This document shows positions 41,911-52,833 of a DNA stretch of 64,000 nt, piece by piece (within the stretch, counting starts at the first letter, position 1; the number at the start of each line of letters is the position of its first letter). A program made the translations under genes and the position numbers. Location of the stretch: IMG/VR virus record IMGVR_UViG_3300028833_000141, positions 12,579-76,578 of that record. One strand, 5' to 3'. This DNA is from a virus. Taxonomy: Duplodnaviria; Caudoviricetes. The notes below the pieces were generated by a model. The model saw nothing but the letters and a program-made list of their open reading frames with translations, ran no database searches and was not told where the DNA came from.

Positions 41911-41943
41911 TAAGGGTTGGACTCAGAACGAGCCTAACCCTTA
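41911..41943 (-). terminator. Intrinsic terminator after the major tail gene
   Basis: TAAGGGTTAGGCTC/GAGTCCAACCCTTA stem followed by T7. Confidence 0.8.
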
Positions 41944-41960
41944 TTCTTAAAATCTAATGC

Positions 41961-42710
41961 TTAATCTTCTGTAACTTCGATCATATCAAGAACATTGCCA
42001 TCGGCATCTTCCATAAGATCAAAAGTCAGAGTTACAGATGCAGGATCGCCCTCAGAACTGAATGAAAGTTCAAAGTTTCTCTGAATCGTAGCTTTATAAG
42101 CTGTCATAATAAACGGAGTCAGAACACCTTCCTCATCCTTATCAACAGTTTTCATAGTAATGAAGTAATCTCTTGGCAGCTTAGTATTGTTAAATGAAAT
42201 CTTCTTAACATTTGAAGATTTAGTAACAATATAACCAACCTTATACTTACTGTTCGCAACTATATCGCCAGCAGTAGTTGCGGTAAATACGCCCTCTGCG
42301 AACGAACCTTTGATAACTGCGGATTCATCACCAAATGAATCAACAGGATATGCGAATACTGTACCAGCCTGAATTGTTTCGCCTGTTGCAGCAGTAATGC
42401 TAAGTTTGCCAGCTTCGGCAGCAGTAACAACCTTAGTTTCTGCATAAGCAGCAGTTGTATCGATTGTGCCGTCAGACATTAAAGCAAACAGCTTAAATGG
42501 GTAAACCTGTGCTTCAATTGTCATAGTTCCTTCAACAGGGTTAGGGAAACCGATTTTTCTTGCACCCTTTGCCATAGCATAAACGCTATCAGAACTGAGT
42601 CCGGCAGTAGTTGTATTGGCTGTATCAAAATCCAGAACTGGAGCTTTTGTTTTAAGATCGCGAATATCTACATCGCACACTTGCCTATTAGCCTTATTAA
42701 GATCCGGCAT
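41961..42710 (-). CDS. Major tail tube protein
   Basis: Position; ELSFSSEGDPASVTLTFDL motif. Confidence 0.75.
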   Translation of the reverse strand: MPDLNKANRQVCDVDIRDLKTKAPVLDFDTANTTTAGLSSDSVYAMAKGARKIGFPNPVEGTMTIEAQVYPFKLFALMSDGTIDTTAAYAETKVVTAAEAGKLSITAATGETIQAGTVFAYPVDSFGDESAVIKGSFAEGVFTATTAGDIVANSKYKVGYIVTKSSNVKKISFNNTKLPRDYFITMKTVDKDEEGVLTPFIMTAYKATIQRNFELSFSSEGDPASVTLTFDLMEDADGNVLDMIEVTED

Positions 42711-42722
42711 TTTATTTCCTCC

Positions 42723-43526
42723 TTATTTATCATATTCATTTTTAAACCATACATGTGGATCATATTTATTATCAGAATCACCCCACACCGACACAGTACG
42801 AGAATCCATTTCGTCTTTCTTTGATATTTGTCTACGCTGAAAAGCATCTACTAATTGAAATACCGTTAAATCCCATACATTAATAGGACTAATAGTAGGG
42901 TGGTTATTTGATACGGCAGAGATAATATTTGGAATAGTATAATTCTTATCAGATTTAACTTTTTCCGCTTCTTCCTGCGCTGCTTTTTCCATTCTTCTGT
43001 ATAGTTTTTCTGCTAAAGAATTTTTAAATTTTAGATTTTCCGGTTGTTCACTTTCTTTATAAGCGCAACAAACCTGTTGGATGGCTTCTAATACTTGCTT
43101 AAATAAATTTGCATCTGCAACAACTCCGCAAATATCATCTTCTGATAACTGAGAAATATCAGATGTATCAGCAGTATTATTAACCCAAATAAAAAATCCT
43201 TCTTCTGAGATTACTTTCTCATCGAAGAAGAAATTTAATAATCCTAAATAATCTTGCAATAATTCTTCATCCGCAATAACAACATTGAATAAGGATATTT
43301 CTTCCTTTTGTTTATCTGTGAATGAATCCCATATTTCTTTTCCACCTTCCTTTAATTTTGTGTAAAATAACTTTGGAGTCAATTTAGTGAATGATTCATA
43401 AGTCATATATTGTTCATATCCAATGGTATGAAATATTTCACCCAAAGTAGGTTTACGCAAAGTACCAATGGACAGCTTGATAGGGTAGGGGGATAATAGT
43501 GTTCCATAGGTAAATTTCATTACCAA
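42723..43526 (-). CDS. Hypothetical tail protein
   Basis: 267 aa ORF in the neck/tail operon. Confidence 0.55.
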   Translation of the reverse strand: MVMKFTYGTLLSPYPIKLSIGTLRKPTLGEIFHTIGYEQYMTYESFTKLTPKLFYTKLKEGGKEIWDSFTDKQKEEISLFNVVIADEELLQDYLGLLNFFFDEKVISEEGFFIWVNNTADTSDISQLSEDDICGVVADANLFKQVLEAIQQVCCAYKESEQPENLKFKNSLAEKLYRRMEKAAQEEAEKVKSDKNYTIPNIISAVSNNHPTISPINVWDLTVFQLVDAFQRRQISKKDEMDSRTVSVWGDSDNKYDPHVWFKNEYDK

Positions 43527-44008
43527 AAATTTGGTATGCTCATAACAAGAGCGACACCATAAAATCTTACGGCATTATAGATATTAACGCTGTCCAATGT
43601 TAATTCTCCAATACCAAAACTATTTGATACTTCTTTATCATTGATTAAAGTTTCAATGATTAGCTCAGACAATATATCAGTTCTATTGCCGTGATAACCA
43701 TTCAAACTATAGTTATCAAGAATATCCCTATGTGATATAGCATAAAGAACAACTTGACATTCTTTTATATTAGATTCAAGCCGAGGAAATGCTACATCAT
43801 AGAAAATATATGTTCCTGTTTCTTTGATTGTATCATCTATAAAAAGATGCGATTTGACATGATCTCTAAACGCACCTTGAACTTCTTTGATCGTCATTCC
43901 GCTCGTATCACCAAGCAACAATTCAACAATTGCTTTATTTTTATATAATGCGGAATGAATTTGTTCTTTGAAGATTCCTTTTTCGTGAATCGAATTCAAA
44001 GTAGCCAT
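43520..44008 (-). CDS. Putative tail terminator/completion protein
   Basis: 162 aa; position in the neck module. Confidence 0.5.
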   Translation of the reverse strand: MATLNSIHEKGIFKEQIHSALYKNKAIVELLLGDTSGMTIKEVQGAFRDHVKSHLFIDDTIKETGTYIFYDVAFPRLESNIKECQVVLYAISHRDILDNYSLNGYHGNRTDILSELIIETLINDKEVSNSFGIGELTLDSVNIYNAVRFYGVALVMSIPNFW

Positions 44009-44020
44009 CTATACCGCCTC

Positions 44021-45103
44021 CTATATAAAAGCTTTAATTGTGATTGTTTTAGATACGGTTTCATATCCATCAGCACTTAACAGGAGATTGAATGACTTAT
44101 TGATTAATTTCTTGTCATTTACAGATATGCAAATCGAATTATCTTCATATGTAATTTCTAATCTATCTTTAAAATCGCAGTCTATATTCCATGAATATTC
44201 AACTTCGATATCATTTCCGTTTTCATCGTAAAACTTAGCAAGAAATCTTACAGGATCAAGACCATTGTATAAGTCGCAATCATCCGCTATTATTTCAGAT
44301 AATAAAATAGGATCATCATTTTGATCCTCTGAAATTTCCTGTATATCTGAACCGCATAACCAATATCCATTACCATTAATTACATAATAGCCATCATCGT
44401 CATGCTGTTCATCTTGATACAACATCAACTCAACGACTCCGCTATCTTGATAATCATAAATAACGTTATTGACTCTTGTTGTTTTATATGTAAGGACAGG
44501 ATTATTGGTATCTTTAGAAACATTAGAATCAAAACTCTTTTCATAAAGTTTGCATCGTTTATCTATAATAAATCTTTGACCGCTTACAATTTCTAAACTA
44601 TCTTTATCATCTGGAATAGAAACTAAAAGCTGATCCGCACGAATTGTATAATTCCTTGTCATTTCTTCACCGTTATTATATTGTGAAGCATTTATAACAT
44701 TAGCCCATCTTTGAAGGATATCACCATTCGCATTTTGCCAAGTTAATTGAGCATTACAAATAGATAAAATAGATTTTTCATAAACTTTATTATCATCAAC
44801 AATGCTTACAATAATCCAATATCTATTATCGTATTCAACATACATTCCGGCTTTACATGTGCCAATCTGTGTAAGCATCATTCGTGACAAACTTTTAAGT
44901 TTTGTATCCTGTACATTATTTTGAATAATTGCTCTTATAGTATTTATTTCCGATAAATCAGCATTGCATATATTTACATCATCTGCCAAATTGGAATCCA
45001 ACGCTTCTAAAAAACCTTCTTCTGCGAAATCATCTAACGCTTCACTTTCAAAACCACTCAGTTGATCATATGGTGATGTCATTAAATACCATTCTTTAGC
45101 CAT
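44021..45103 (-). CDS. Putative head-tail adaptor/closure protein
   Basis: 360 aa; position; CNAQLTWQ motif seen in SPbeta-like neck genes. Confidence 0.55.
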   Translation of the reverse strand: MAKEWYLMTSPYDQLSGFESEALDDFAEEGFLEALDSNLADDVNICNADLSEINTIRAIIQNNVQDTKLKSLSRMMLTQIGTCKAGMYVEYDNRYWIIVSIVDDNKVYEKSILSICNAQLTWQNANGDILQRWANVINASQYNNGEEMTRNYTIRADQLLVSIPDDKDSLEIVSGQRFIIDKRCKLYEKSFDSNVSKDTNNPVLTYKTTRVNNVIYDYQDSGVVELMLYQDEQHDDDGYYVINGNGYWLCGSDIQEISEDQNDDPILLSEIIADDCDLYNGLDPVRFLAKFYDENGNDIEVEYSWNIDCDFKDRLEITYEDNSICISVNDKKLINKSFNLLLSADGYETVSKTITIKAFI

Positions 45104-45114
45104 GACAACACCTC

Positions 45115-45504
45115 CTATACATAAGCGGTTGTTTTCTGATTATTTAGCATTTCCGAAGATTTTGAAGAATCATATTCTAATTCATTTCTTGCAGCGACAT
45201 TTGTATGACCACCGCTATTGATACTGATGTCTTTACCGACTATTGATATTCTTTTATTTACCTTTGACACTTCGCGTTCTTGATAACTCTGTTTCATAAA
45301 TGCGCCAAGCGTATCTATAACATATCTATCTAAATCGTCAGTAAATTCTTGTGATTCTGCGTCAAATTCTAAAGGTTCAATTTCCATTGAGAACCTTCCA
45401 ATCGCTTTCTTTAGCCATTCAAGTTCCAATGCTTCTGGAATTTCTTTTTTATCCTGGAATGAAGCTTCAAAGCTATCGTATATCTCTTGTGCTGTTGTAG
45501 CCAT
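45115..45504 (-). CDS. Putative head-tail connector
   Basis: 129 aa helical protein; position. Confidence 0.5.
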   Translation of the reverse strand: MATTAQEIYDSFEASFQDKKEIPEALELEWLKKAIGRFSMEIEPLEFDAESQEFTDDLDRYVIDTLGAFMKQSYQEREVSKVNKRISIVGKDISINSGGHTNVAARNELEYDSSKSSEMLNNQKTTAYV

Positions 45505-45521
45505 TCCATCCTCCTAACTTG

Positions 45522-46079
45522 CTACAGTTTTACGCCAGTATAATTTTCAACAAACCGAATCTTTGAATAATCGTTGAGCTTAAGCTTTTTAATAGATTGA
45601 AGCGAAGCATGTTTCTCTGCTCTTGTAACGATTGCTCTTTTAAAGCTATCTTCAAAGCTGCCTTGATCATCAATTTTGAAAAGTTTCTTAATCAGATCGT
45701 CGCTGAATACTTCCTGCTTAACTGTTCCATCTAAACTTTCAAAACCAAGTTCTTTTCTTGTTGGAGCATCTTCAATATAATAAGTAGCATGACTGCCTTT
45801 GCCATCAAATCCATTAAAGCCTACATTGCCGCTCTGTGATTGAGCAATTATTTCGCCTCTTGTAAGTCTGACTGATCCATTCGGAACTATCTGAACATCA
45901 CCTATTCCTTCAACGATTCTTGTGAATCCTGTAGCCCACGGTGCAATACTCTTAACCGTGACTTTCTGCTCTAAATTCAGTTCTTCATAAACCTCTTCTT
46001 TTGGTGTTTCAACTGTCTGTTCTGCGACAGGTTCACTTTTTGTCGGCTTGTTATTTTTTTCTGCGTCTGCTTTTGCCAT
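45522..46079 (-). CDS. Hypothetical virion-module protein
   Basis: 185 aa ORF with RBS. Confidence 0.6.
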   Translation of the reverse strand: MAKADAEKNNKPTKSEPVAEQTVETPKEEVYEELNLEQKVTVKSIAPWATGFTRIVEGIGDVQIVPNGSVRLTRGEIIAQSQSGNVGFNGFDGKGSHATYYIEDAPTRKELGFESLDGTVKQEVFSDDLIKKLFKIDDQGSFEDSFKRAIVTRAEKHASLQSIKKLKLNDYSKIRFVENYTGVKL

Positions 46080-46120
46080 CTTTTCTTACCTCATTTCAAC
46101 TATTTTTAATGTGATTACAA

Positions 46121-46306
46121 CTAAACCTTATGTTTAACTTCGTTATATAAAATGATTATTTTATCTAACCTTTCTGACTTGGCGAAAACCCAATAGCGAT
46201 TTCCGGTTAAAGAGTGTTCTTTTGATGCTTTACACTTTTCGCCAAATGCTCGTAGAAAATGATAAAGGTGTAAAGAATAGCAATAAAAATTATCATTATT
46301 ACCCAT
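46121..46306 (-). CDS. Small hypothetical protein
   Basis: Start moved to MGNNDN (GAGG RBS); FYCYS..L..FL motif; the longer start overlaps a terminator. Confidence 0.55.
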   Translation of the reverse strand: MGNNDNFYCYSLHLYHFLRAFGEKCKASKEHSLTGNRYWVFAKSERLDKIIILYNEVKHKV

Positions 46307-46325
46307 TATCGTTTCCTCATTAAAA

Positions 46326-46355
46326 CATGGGGCGCATAGATAGATACGCCCCATG
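46326..46355 (-). terminator. Intrinsic terminator after the capsid gene
   Basis: CATGGGGCG/CGCCCCATG stem followed by TTTT. Confidence 0.7.
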
Positions 46356-46389
46356 ATACTAACAATACTTATATTGTTTTAGTTGTGAA

Positions 46390-47490
46390 TTAGTTTAAGC
46401 CACCAAGCTGTTCATCGTAGAGAACACCGATCTCATGCTCACGACCCTTTGCGATATCACAAGCAACCTCAATGTCAAATCTCGTCAGAACCTTACCAGT
46501 CTTAACATCATTACCGCTGAACGAAGTAAGACCACCACGAGTCCATGTAGCGATAGGGGAGTTAACACCTGTAGGGATAACGAAACCGAGTCCAATAGGG
46601 AGAAGAGTTTCAAAGTTATTGCCAGCAGCATTCTTCTTGAACAGATTATAAGGATTGCTCATCTCAGCGAGAACAGCACCGTTATAAGAAGCAAGAAGTC
46701 CTGTAGCAGCAACCTGATTTATAATCTCATCAGATACGCCATAGAAGTGAGTGCTATTGAGGTTTCCATCATAGCCAGCCCACGGAGTAAACTGAGAAAG
46801 AAGAGCATAATCGCCAACGATTGAAGGCTTACCGTTTCTTCTAACATTGTTGATAACGCCATCAGCACCAGCCTTTGTAAGACCATTCTGACCTGCGAAT
46901 ATGTACTTAACGCCCTGTGCGCTATTAATTGCGGCATAAATCCTCTTAATAATCTTAGCCTTTGCGTTGTTCAGAATATCAGTCTGCACCTGTGTAAGCA
47001 TCTGATTCTCTCTTGACATATCGCCAACCTGAATCCTTCTGTAATCATTCTGAATACCACCGGAAACAGTAAATGTAGCAACAGGATAAGTAACCTTGTT
47101 GAGCATTGTGAACGGTACATCGCCGCTTGCAGCCTGTTCTCTGGACATCTCATCCGCATAGTTATAAACTTCTCTCTCGATTGTCGTATCATAATCGACA
47201 TTCTCATAAGAACCGAAGATTCCGAGAAGATTAAGCTCCTCAACTACAGGTGCTTCGATAACAAAGCGTCTGATTGAATTGAGTTCAGAAATAGCTACAG
47301 GATCGTTATTATCTGCACGACTGCCAAGTTCTTTAATATAGTTAACAGCCTTATCAGCTTTTGCGCCAAATTTATCAAGAGACTCGCCCTTTACCATAGC
47401 AGCAAATACCTCAACAACAGGAGAGGTCTTTGTTATCTTGCTATTCAGTTCGGAATCTCTACGAACATTGTTCATTTCAAAAATATTCAT
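46390..47490 (-). CDS. Major capsid protein
   Basis: 366 aa; follows the scaffold and decoration genes; highly biased codon usage; terminator downstream. Confidence 0.78.
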   Translation of the reverse strand: MNIFEMNNVRRDSELNSKITKTSPVVEVFAAMVKGESLDKFGAKADKAVNYIKELGSRADNNDPVAISELNSIRRFVIEAPVVEELNLLGIFGSYENVDYDTTIEREVYNYADEMSREQAASGDVPFTMLNKVTYPVATFTVSGGIQNDYRRIQVGDMSRENQMLTQVQTDILNNAKAKIIKRIYAAINSAQGVKYIFAGQNGLTKAGADGVINNVRRNGKPSIVGDYALLSQFTPWAGYDGNLNSTHFYGVSDEIINQVAATGLLASYNGAVLAEMSNPYNLFKKNAAGNNFETLLPIGLGFVIPTGVNSPIATWTRGGLTSFSGNDVKTGKVLTRFDIEVACDIAKGREHEIGVLYDEQLGGLN

Positions 47491-47528
47491 TTATTCAAAC
47501 CTCACTTTCGTAATTCTAATTTACAAAA

Positions 47529-47951
47529 TTAAGCTACGAGAATCTTCACTTTAACAGCTTTCTCAGTAAGTTCGCACTTCTCGACAGCCTTGAAATAGAA
47601 ACCCGAATTAGGTGCTTCGGCTGCGATAGCAAGTTTACCGTTGCTGATAGTGAACAGGGTAGTTCCAGCAGTTATATCGCTATAATCCTCACCAGAACCG
47701 TAAGCGATATGCTTCTCATCAACTACGAGTTCCTGATTTACCCATGCCGAAAGGTCGAAACCATTAAGGAACTCACCAGCCTTGATTGTTACAGCATCCC
47801 TGTAAGAATCATCACCAGTAAGAGTATTAGCTATCAGATATGTAACACCATCAACGGTGATAAAATCATAAAGAGTTACATTACTTGCAGAAGTGAGAAC
47901 AGGATTGCTCTTTGCGACTTCTATCATGCCTAATGTCTTGCATTTAATCAT
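47529..47951 (-). CDS. Putative capsid decoration/cement protein
   Basis: 140 aa beta-rich ORF directly upstream of MCP. Confidence 0.55.
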   Translation of the reverse strand: MIKCKTLGMIEVAKSNPVLTSASNVTLYDFITVDGVTYLIANTLTGDDSYRDAVTIKAGEFLNGFDLSAWVNQELVVDEKHIAYGSGEDYSDITAGTTLFTISNGKLAIAAEAPNSGFYFKAVEKCELTEKAVKVKILVA

Positions 47952-47976
47952 TTTTAATTTCCTCCTAATCTATTAA

Positions 47977-48855
47977 TTAAAAGATGCTATCATCGGTTTC
48001 TGCATTACTCTGAGCGTGCATATCCTCAAATATATCTCCGAGGTCTGCTGAATTTTGCTCCGCTGCCTTTGCTTCTGCTTCGGCTTTCGCATTCTTACCG
48101 ATACCAATAAGGATTGCATCTGTTACAGAATTTATTTCACTTTCAAGAGGGTTTTCCTTGAACGCTTCTATCTGCTCTTTTGCATATTCCTGTTGCTCAG
48201 ACGAATACTCAGAAAGTGCAGTATCGAGTGAAGCAAGTCTTTCCTTTACTTTTGCTTCTGTAAGCGACTTTTCAAGAAGTCTCTTTTCCTCCCAAAGAGT
48301 TTCATATTTCTCATTAAGTTCCTGATATTCAGCTTTTAATTGATCAAGAGCAGCCTGAATCTCAGATGCGCTTGCTTCAATTTCATTCTTTTCATTTGTT
48401 ACAGCTTCGACAGCAGCGTTCGCTTCTGCAATCTTATCTGCACATTCCTGTCTGCATTGTTCCATTTCGGAATTTTGCTCAGAAAGCATTTTTATGGTCT
48501 GTTCAACAACAGCCTTTACTTGATCTTCATTCATTACGACTAATTCCTCCTTATGTTCGTTAAGTTCAATCAACTTGGCACTATCATCAGCAGGTGTTAT
48601 GCCGAGAAGAGCATAGCCAGAATAGATGAAGTCCATAGGAATACGACCTTGTTCTTTGTAGCCATATTTATACACAATTGCATCATTTTCATTTGTGTGA
48701 AGAATCTCGACACTACCATTTGGGAAAATGCCTTCTTTAATATCTCGGTCTAATTTCTCTACGAAATTGTGATAACAAAGAGCGTCAATTTCACCTTCTC
48801 CTATACAGGCGGTAAATGTATTGCCATTTTCATCTTCGATTTCATCAATAGCCAT
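47977..48855 (-). CDS. Scaffold-like protein (C-terminal part of the prohead protease/scaffold locus)
   Basis: Acidic coiled-coil C-terminal half; between portal and MCP. Confidence 0.65.
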   Translation of the reverse strand: MAIDEIEDENGNTFTACIGEGEIDALCYHNFVEKLDRDIKEGIFPNGSVEILHTNENDAIVYKYGYKEQGRIPMDFIYSGYALLGITPADDSAKLIELNEHKEELVVMNEDQVKAVVEQTIKMLSEQNSEMEQCRQECADKIAEANAAVEAVTNEKNEIEASASEIQAALDQLKAEYQELNEKYETLWEEKRLLEKSLTEAKVKERLASLDTALSEYSSEQQEYAKEQIEAFKENPLESEINSVTDAILIGIGKNAKAEAEAKAAEQNSADLGDIFEDMHAQSNAETDDSIF

Positions 48856-49162
48856 TGGTAAAAGTCCCTATTTGAACAGCATTCTCAAATATAGGATCAC
48901 CGTCTATAATATCTGTATATCCATGACCGCATAATTCAGTCCTATCTTCATCTAAAAATTCGCAGCGCAAGCTCATACCTTTGATAGTAGGTAAAGCCTT
49001 TTCGCAATACTCACGAATCCAAGTCAAACCATTAAGGTTATACTCAGTACCAACTTCATTCACTTCGTCCACACAAGAGTCGGGAAAGATTGTATGAAGA
49101 ATCATCTTAAATTTCCTTCTTCCATTCTTGGTTTTTCTGCTGGAAATCTCAAAAAATTTCAT
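48845..49162 (-). CDS. N-terminal part of the prohead protease/scaffold locus
   Basis: FEISS..N.NGLTW..Y motif; overlaps the next ORF by 11 nt in the +1 frame. Confidence 0.55.
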   Translation of the reverse strand: MKFFEISSRKTKNGRRKFKMILHTIFPDSCVDEVNEVGTEYNLNGLTWIREYCEKALPTIKGMSLRCEFLDEDRTELCGHGYTDIIDGDPIFENAVQIGTFTNGY

Positions 49163-49203
49163 TCTCCGTTTCACCGCCTTTCGTGTGATGTTTAGAAATA
49201 AAA

Positions 49204-49227
49204 AGATAGAGGTTTACGCCTCTATCT
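49204..49227 (-). terminator. Intrinsic terminator after portal
   Basis: AGATAGAGG/CCTCTATCT stem followed by TTTTATTT. Confidence 0.7.
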
Positions 49228-49334
49228 ATAAAGAACTATTTAATTTTGATAACCGGAATTGCTATCAAAAGATTTTTAGCAGTTTTCTCTGCCCTCGATA
49301 TGGGTTTAAAGTCTCCATTCCGACTATTATATTG

Positions 49335-50966
49335 TTAACCATCTGATGGAGCAGGTAAGTCATTACCTCTGTTGTTCCTGGAAACAACTGTTGCATCAGA
49401 AGGGTTATCACTTGTTGGTCTGCCGCCTTTATCATTATCATTCTTGGACATTGTAAAAGATGTTTTATGTACAGGATATTTTTCCTCAACACCTAATTCC
49501 AATTCTTCATCTAATAAAGCGAAGAACACTTCCGGTTCAATACCGCAAGCAGCCGCCCAAAGTGCAAGACTTCCTTTGCCTTGCAGGTATAATTCTTTGG
49601 CATTGTCGATCATCTCTGATTTGTTCACATTGGTTATCTTTAAATATTTAACTTCAACTCTATTAGCATCATCTTTAATGATATTTGCAGCAATACATTT
49701 ATTTAATTCTTCCGTTATTTGATCAATCCACTGGAATACCTGACCTGTTATCAGTTCCAAATTTTGCATCTGCGCAGAATAACTTCCACTACCGACACCA
49801 TTTAATAAAGAGCCAGCAATACCCATACCCAATGCGATTCTATCTGATATATTTGATTCATATTTATCATCAAATATATCCGTGTTAGGTGGATCGATAG
49901 TATTTAATTTTGTTCCGGCAGCGACAGAGAAGAATGAAATACCGCCACGACTATTTTTAGTCAAAATAGCACCTTTGACTTTTTCATGCTGTTCTCTCTG
50001 CTGTCTTTCTGTCAAAGCAGATTTTCCTTTTTCTTTTCCTTCCGGGAATGTCTCATAGACTACTCTATTATTAATATCATCCAAAATGTTTCTCTTTGTT
50101 TGAATGAAATAATCATTATAGAGAATATCGTTAATGGCAGCTAACACTAATGGTCTGCCATATTTTTCATTTCTCTTTGAGCGTATCTTATGGACTATGG
50201 TTTTGGTATTATCTAATACAACCCAATTACCACCTTTATCAGAACTATTTTTACGCTTTTCATATGCCTCTCTGATTTGTTGAGGATATTTCTTCAATTT
50301 CTTTTCAATTGGCTCATCAAAACTTAAATTAAAATAATTCAAATCAAAAGCTAACACATATGAAGAATTTTTAATCCCAACTATTTCCGTATAATCGGCA
50401 GGTAGGGAAATGATCTCGGCATTAACACCATATGCGTTTAATTCATTTATCTCAGTCATATTTTTAACTTCATAATCCGTCATTAATTTCTGTCGATCAA
50501 TCGGACGCTGTGAAGTTTCAAAATAATAAAACGCTTCGCCTTCGACCATTCCTTTGAATAAAGCATCACGAATTATTTCTTTATGTTTTATAGTTCTAAG
50601 GGTAGAATCCATAAGTTCTTTATTCTTACGCTTTTTGTTTTTATTCTTTCCGTGAGTAACAATTACTCTGTCTAATGTCGGCATAGCTACCATATAGTCA
50701 ACTGTATGGGTATAAGTACCATTAGTGCCATAAAGCATTAATGATAATTCTCTTAATTGACTATTATAGTCCATAGGATACCTTGCTAAATTTTGCAAAG
50801 TCTCCGGAGTGTATGCTTTATATAAATCAAGACCATAAACCGCTGTAGAATATTGTCTTGAATTTCTATATGATTGAAAATCATATGATACCGCCTCATC
50901 AGATTTATGATTATTCTGAGGACGATATTTTTTTCTATTGTTGTAACCTTTATTATTAGAACTCAA
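49335..50966 (-). CDS. Portal protein
   Basis: 543 aa directly after terL; YGRP motif; TTG start with AGGAGG. Confidence 0.8.
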   Translation of the reverse strand: MSSNNKGYNNRKKYRPQNNHKSDEAVSYDFQSYRNSRQYSTAVYGLDLYKAYTPETLQNLARYPMDYNSQLRELSLMLYGTNGTYTHTVDYMVAMPTLDRVIVTHGKNKNKKRKNKELMDSTLRTIKHKEIIRDALFKGMVEGEAFYYFETSQRPIDRQKLMTDYEVKNMTEINELNAYGVNAEIISLPADYTEIVGIKNSSYVLAFDLNYFNLSFDEPIEKKLKKYPQQIREAYEKRKNSSDKGGNWVVLDNTKTIVHKIRSKRNEKYGRPLVLAAINDILYNDYFIQTKRNILDDINNRVVYETFPEGKEKGKSALTERQQREQHEKVKGAILTKNSRGGISFFSVAAGTKLNTIDPPNTDIFDDKYESNISDRIALGMGIAGSLLNGVGSGSYSAQMQNLELITGQVFQWIDQITEELNKCIAANIIKDDANRVEVKYLKITNVNKSEMIDNAKELYLQGKGSLALWAAACGIEPEVFFALLDEELELGVEEKYPVHKTSFTMSKNDNDKGGRPTSDNPSDATVVSRNNRGNDLPAPSDG

Positions 50967-50982
50967 GGCTCGTCCTCCTTTT

Positions 50983-52833
50983 CTAATTTATAAATACGCC
51001 ATATTCATATTCTTCGTTCTGAGATAGTAGGTCTTGTTCTAATTGTGACGCAAAGTATGATCCATACGAAATCGAAGTATATCTATCTTTGCGCTTACTG
51101 CCTTGCTCATGTATAACAATCGCACCAGTCTGTTCCTTCTTTTCATACGCTAATTCCATAGTCTCACTAATGAAAGCCTGTGTTTCGAGAAATGGCATTT
51201 CATAGAGTGATTGCAAATCGCCATCAGGTGTATCATTGTACTCAGGAATATTTGGAAGAATATCTTCTAATGCTGTTTCCAATGTGCATAAAAAATCAAT
51301 TCGTTCATTCTCTAAAACTCTTCTAAAGTCTATAGCAATATCACTATTTAATTTCTGACTGGCGTTAATTACATATATACAAGGAGTCGCACCTTCAATT
51401 TGAATCCTCTTTGCCACATTTTCATCATTCATACAGGAAAGAGGGGAATATTCTATACCACGCTCTTCATCATACATAACCTTTGCAAGCATGTCATATA
51501 TTGAAATACCAGCATTTCTCGAATCGAGAACAATATAATCAGCTTTGAAGTCTGAGAATAATTGTCTGATCCGGACAGCTTGCTTCGTTGTATCTCCACC
51601 TTGATGATGTTCAAGATACGGCACTATTCTTCTATATCCGTTATCTATATCCAAATCTCCTTGATCTCGTTTATAAGTTGTCTTTTCCGGCAACAATCTG
51701 ATACACGAGAAAATAGAATTATCGTTTGCTTCATTTGTAACAAACGCCATATCGCAAGATATGATCCTAATTTCATTTTTCTGTTTAGGAATAGAGTACG
51801 GATTTCTTTTACCTGTCTTAAAATCAAGCAAAGTGCGTGGGTAAAATGGTTGTTTCGATTTCTGATTCTTTTTGATCAGATTATATGTGAAAAATGCATG
51901 GCGGTTTTCTTTGAGTCGTGTATTCATAAACTCTAACTGCCAAGTCATTGGGTCTTGTTTCTTTTTCTCAGTTTGGAAATATCTGAGAGTTTTGATTTTA
52001 TGTTTAAGTGGTACAGATTCATCAAATGCGAGTAAACATGAATCTTTATTATGCATCATGCCATCATATGTCTGATCGACAATATCCCACATCCAATTTG
52101 TGCCATCATCATACCAACTTGAACTGATATAGACATTGATAGGTTCTTCTTCAAGTTCTTTGTTCTTTACATAAAAACTATCATGTAAATAACCTGTTTG
52201 CCTAATGATCTGGAAAGGGGAGAGTACACTATCGTCAATGAATTTCTTGATCTGACGAAACTCTTCACGAACCAAAATTGTACTACGCCATCCACGGCTT
52301 CTGTCATGCGCACAAACTACAGTTATCGAACTGTTGTTATGGAATAATACTGTCGTTTCATCTTGACCAACATGAATCTTCTTTATCTCTCTTCGCAAGA
52401 CAGGAGACATACCCATCAATTCTTTTTGAATCTTTTCCGACACTATAAGTTTACTCTGACCTTTCGTGCCGCTGGAAATAACGATCATTGAGTGTGGATA
52501 TAAAATACACATACAACAAGCATACAAAGCGATAATGAAAGACTTTGCAGCCGCACGACATGCAATTATCGTTGTAAAAGTATTTATACCCATTAAATAC
52601 AAAATCACAACTTGATACAAATGCAATTTGATCCCAAGATAATCAACTGCGAATCTATGCAGATTTCTTCTAAAAAAAGTAATCCACTCTATGAAATTGT
52701 TCATAGTAGTTGGATTACCCAAGAATGGATCACTCGCAAAATGCGTATGTAATTTTACTTGTTTTTCATCAGCAGCTTCGTTATAGTATTCTGAAAATTG
52801 TGTTTCCGATTTGTGTCTACCCATCAGAATCAC
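50983..52833 (-). CDS. terL: Terminase large subunit
   Basis: Walker A RAAAKS, Walker B ILVREE, RuvC-like SCDMA and KDRYTS. Confidence 0.9.
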   Translation of the reverse strand: MILMGRHKSETQFSEYYNEAADEKQVKLHTHFASDPFLGNPTTMNNFIEWITFFRRNLHRFAVDYLGIKLHLYQVVILYLMGINTFTTIIACRAAAKSFIIALYACCMCILYPHSMIVISSGTKGQSKLIVSEKIQKELMGMSPVLRREIKKIHVGQDETTVLFHNNSSITVVCAHDRSRGWRSTILVREEFRQIKKFIDDSVLSPFQIIRQTGYLHDSFYVKNKELEEEPINVYISSSWYDDGTNWMWDIVDQTYDGMMHNKDSCLLAFDESVPLKHKIKTLRYFQTEKKKQDPMTWQLEFMNTRLKENRHAFFTYNLIKKNQKSKQPFYPRTLLDFKTGKRNPYSIPKQKNEIRIISCDMAFVTNEANDNSIFSCIRLLPEKTTYKRDQGDLDIDNGYRRIVPYLEHHQGGDTTKQAVRIRQLFSDFKADYIVLDSRNAGISIYDMLAKVMYDEERGIEYSPLSCMNDENVAKRIQIEGATPCIYVINASQKLNSDIAIDFRRVLENERIDFLCTLETALEDILPNIPEYNDTPDGDLQSLYEMPFLETQAFISETMELAYEKKEQTGAIVIHEQGSKRKDRYTSISYGSYFASQLEQDLLSQNEEYEYGVFIN

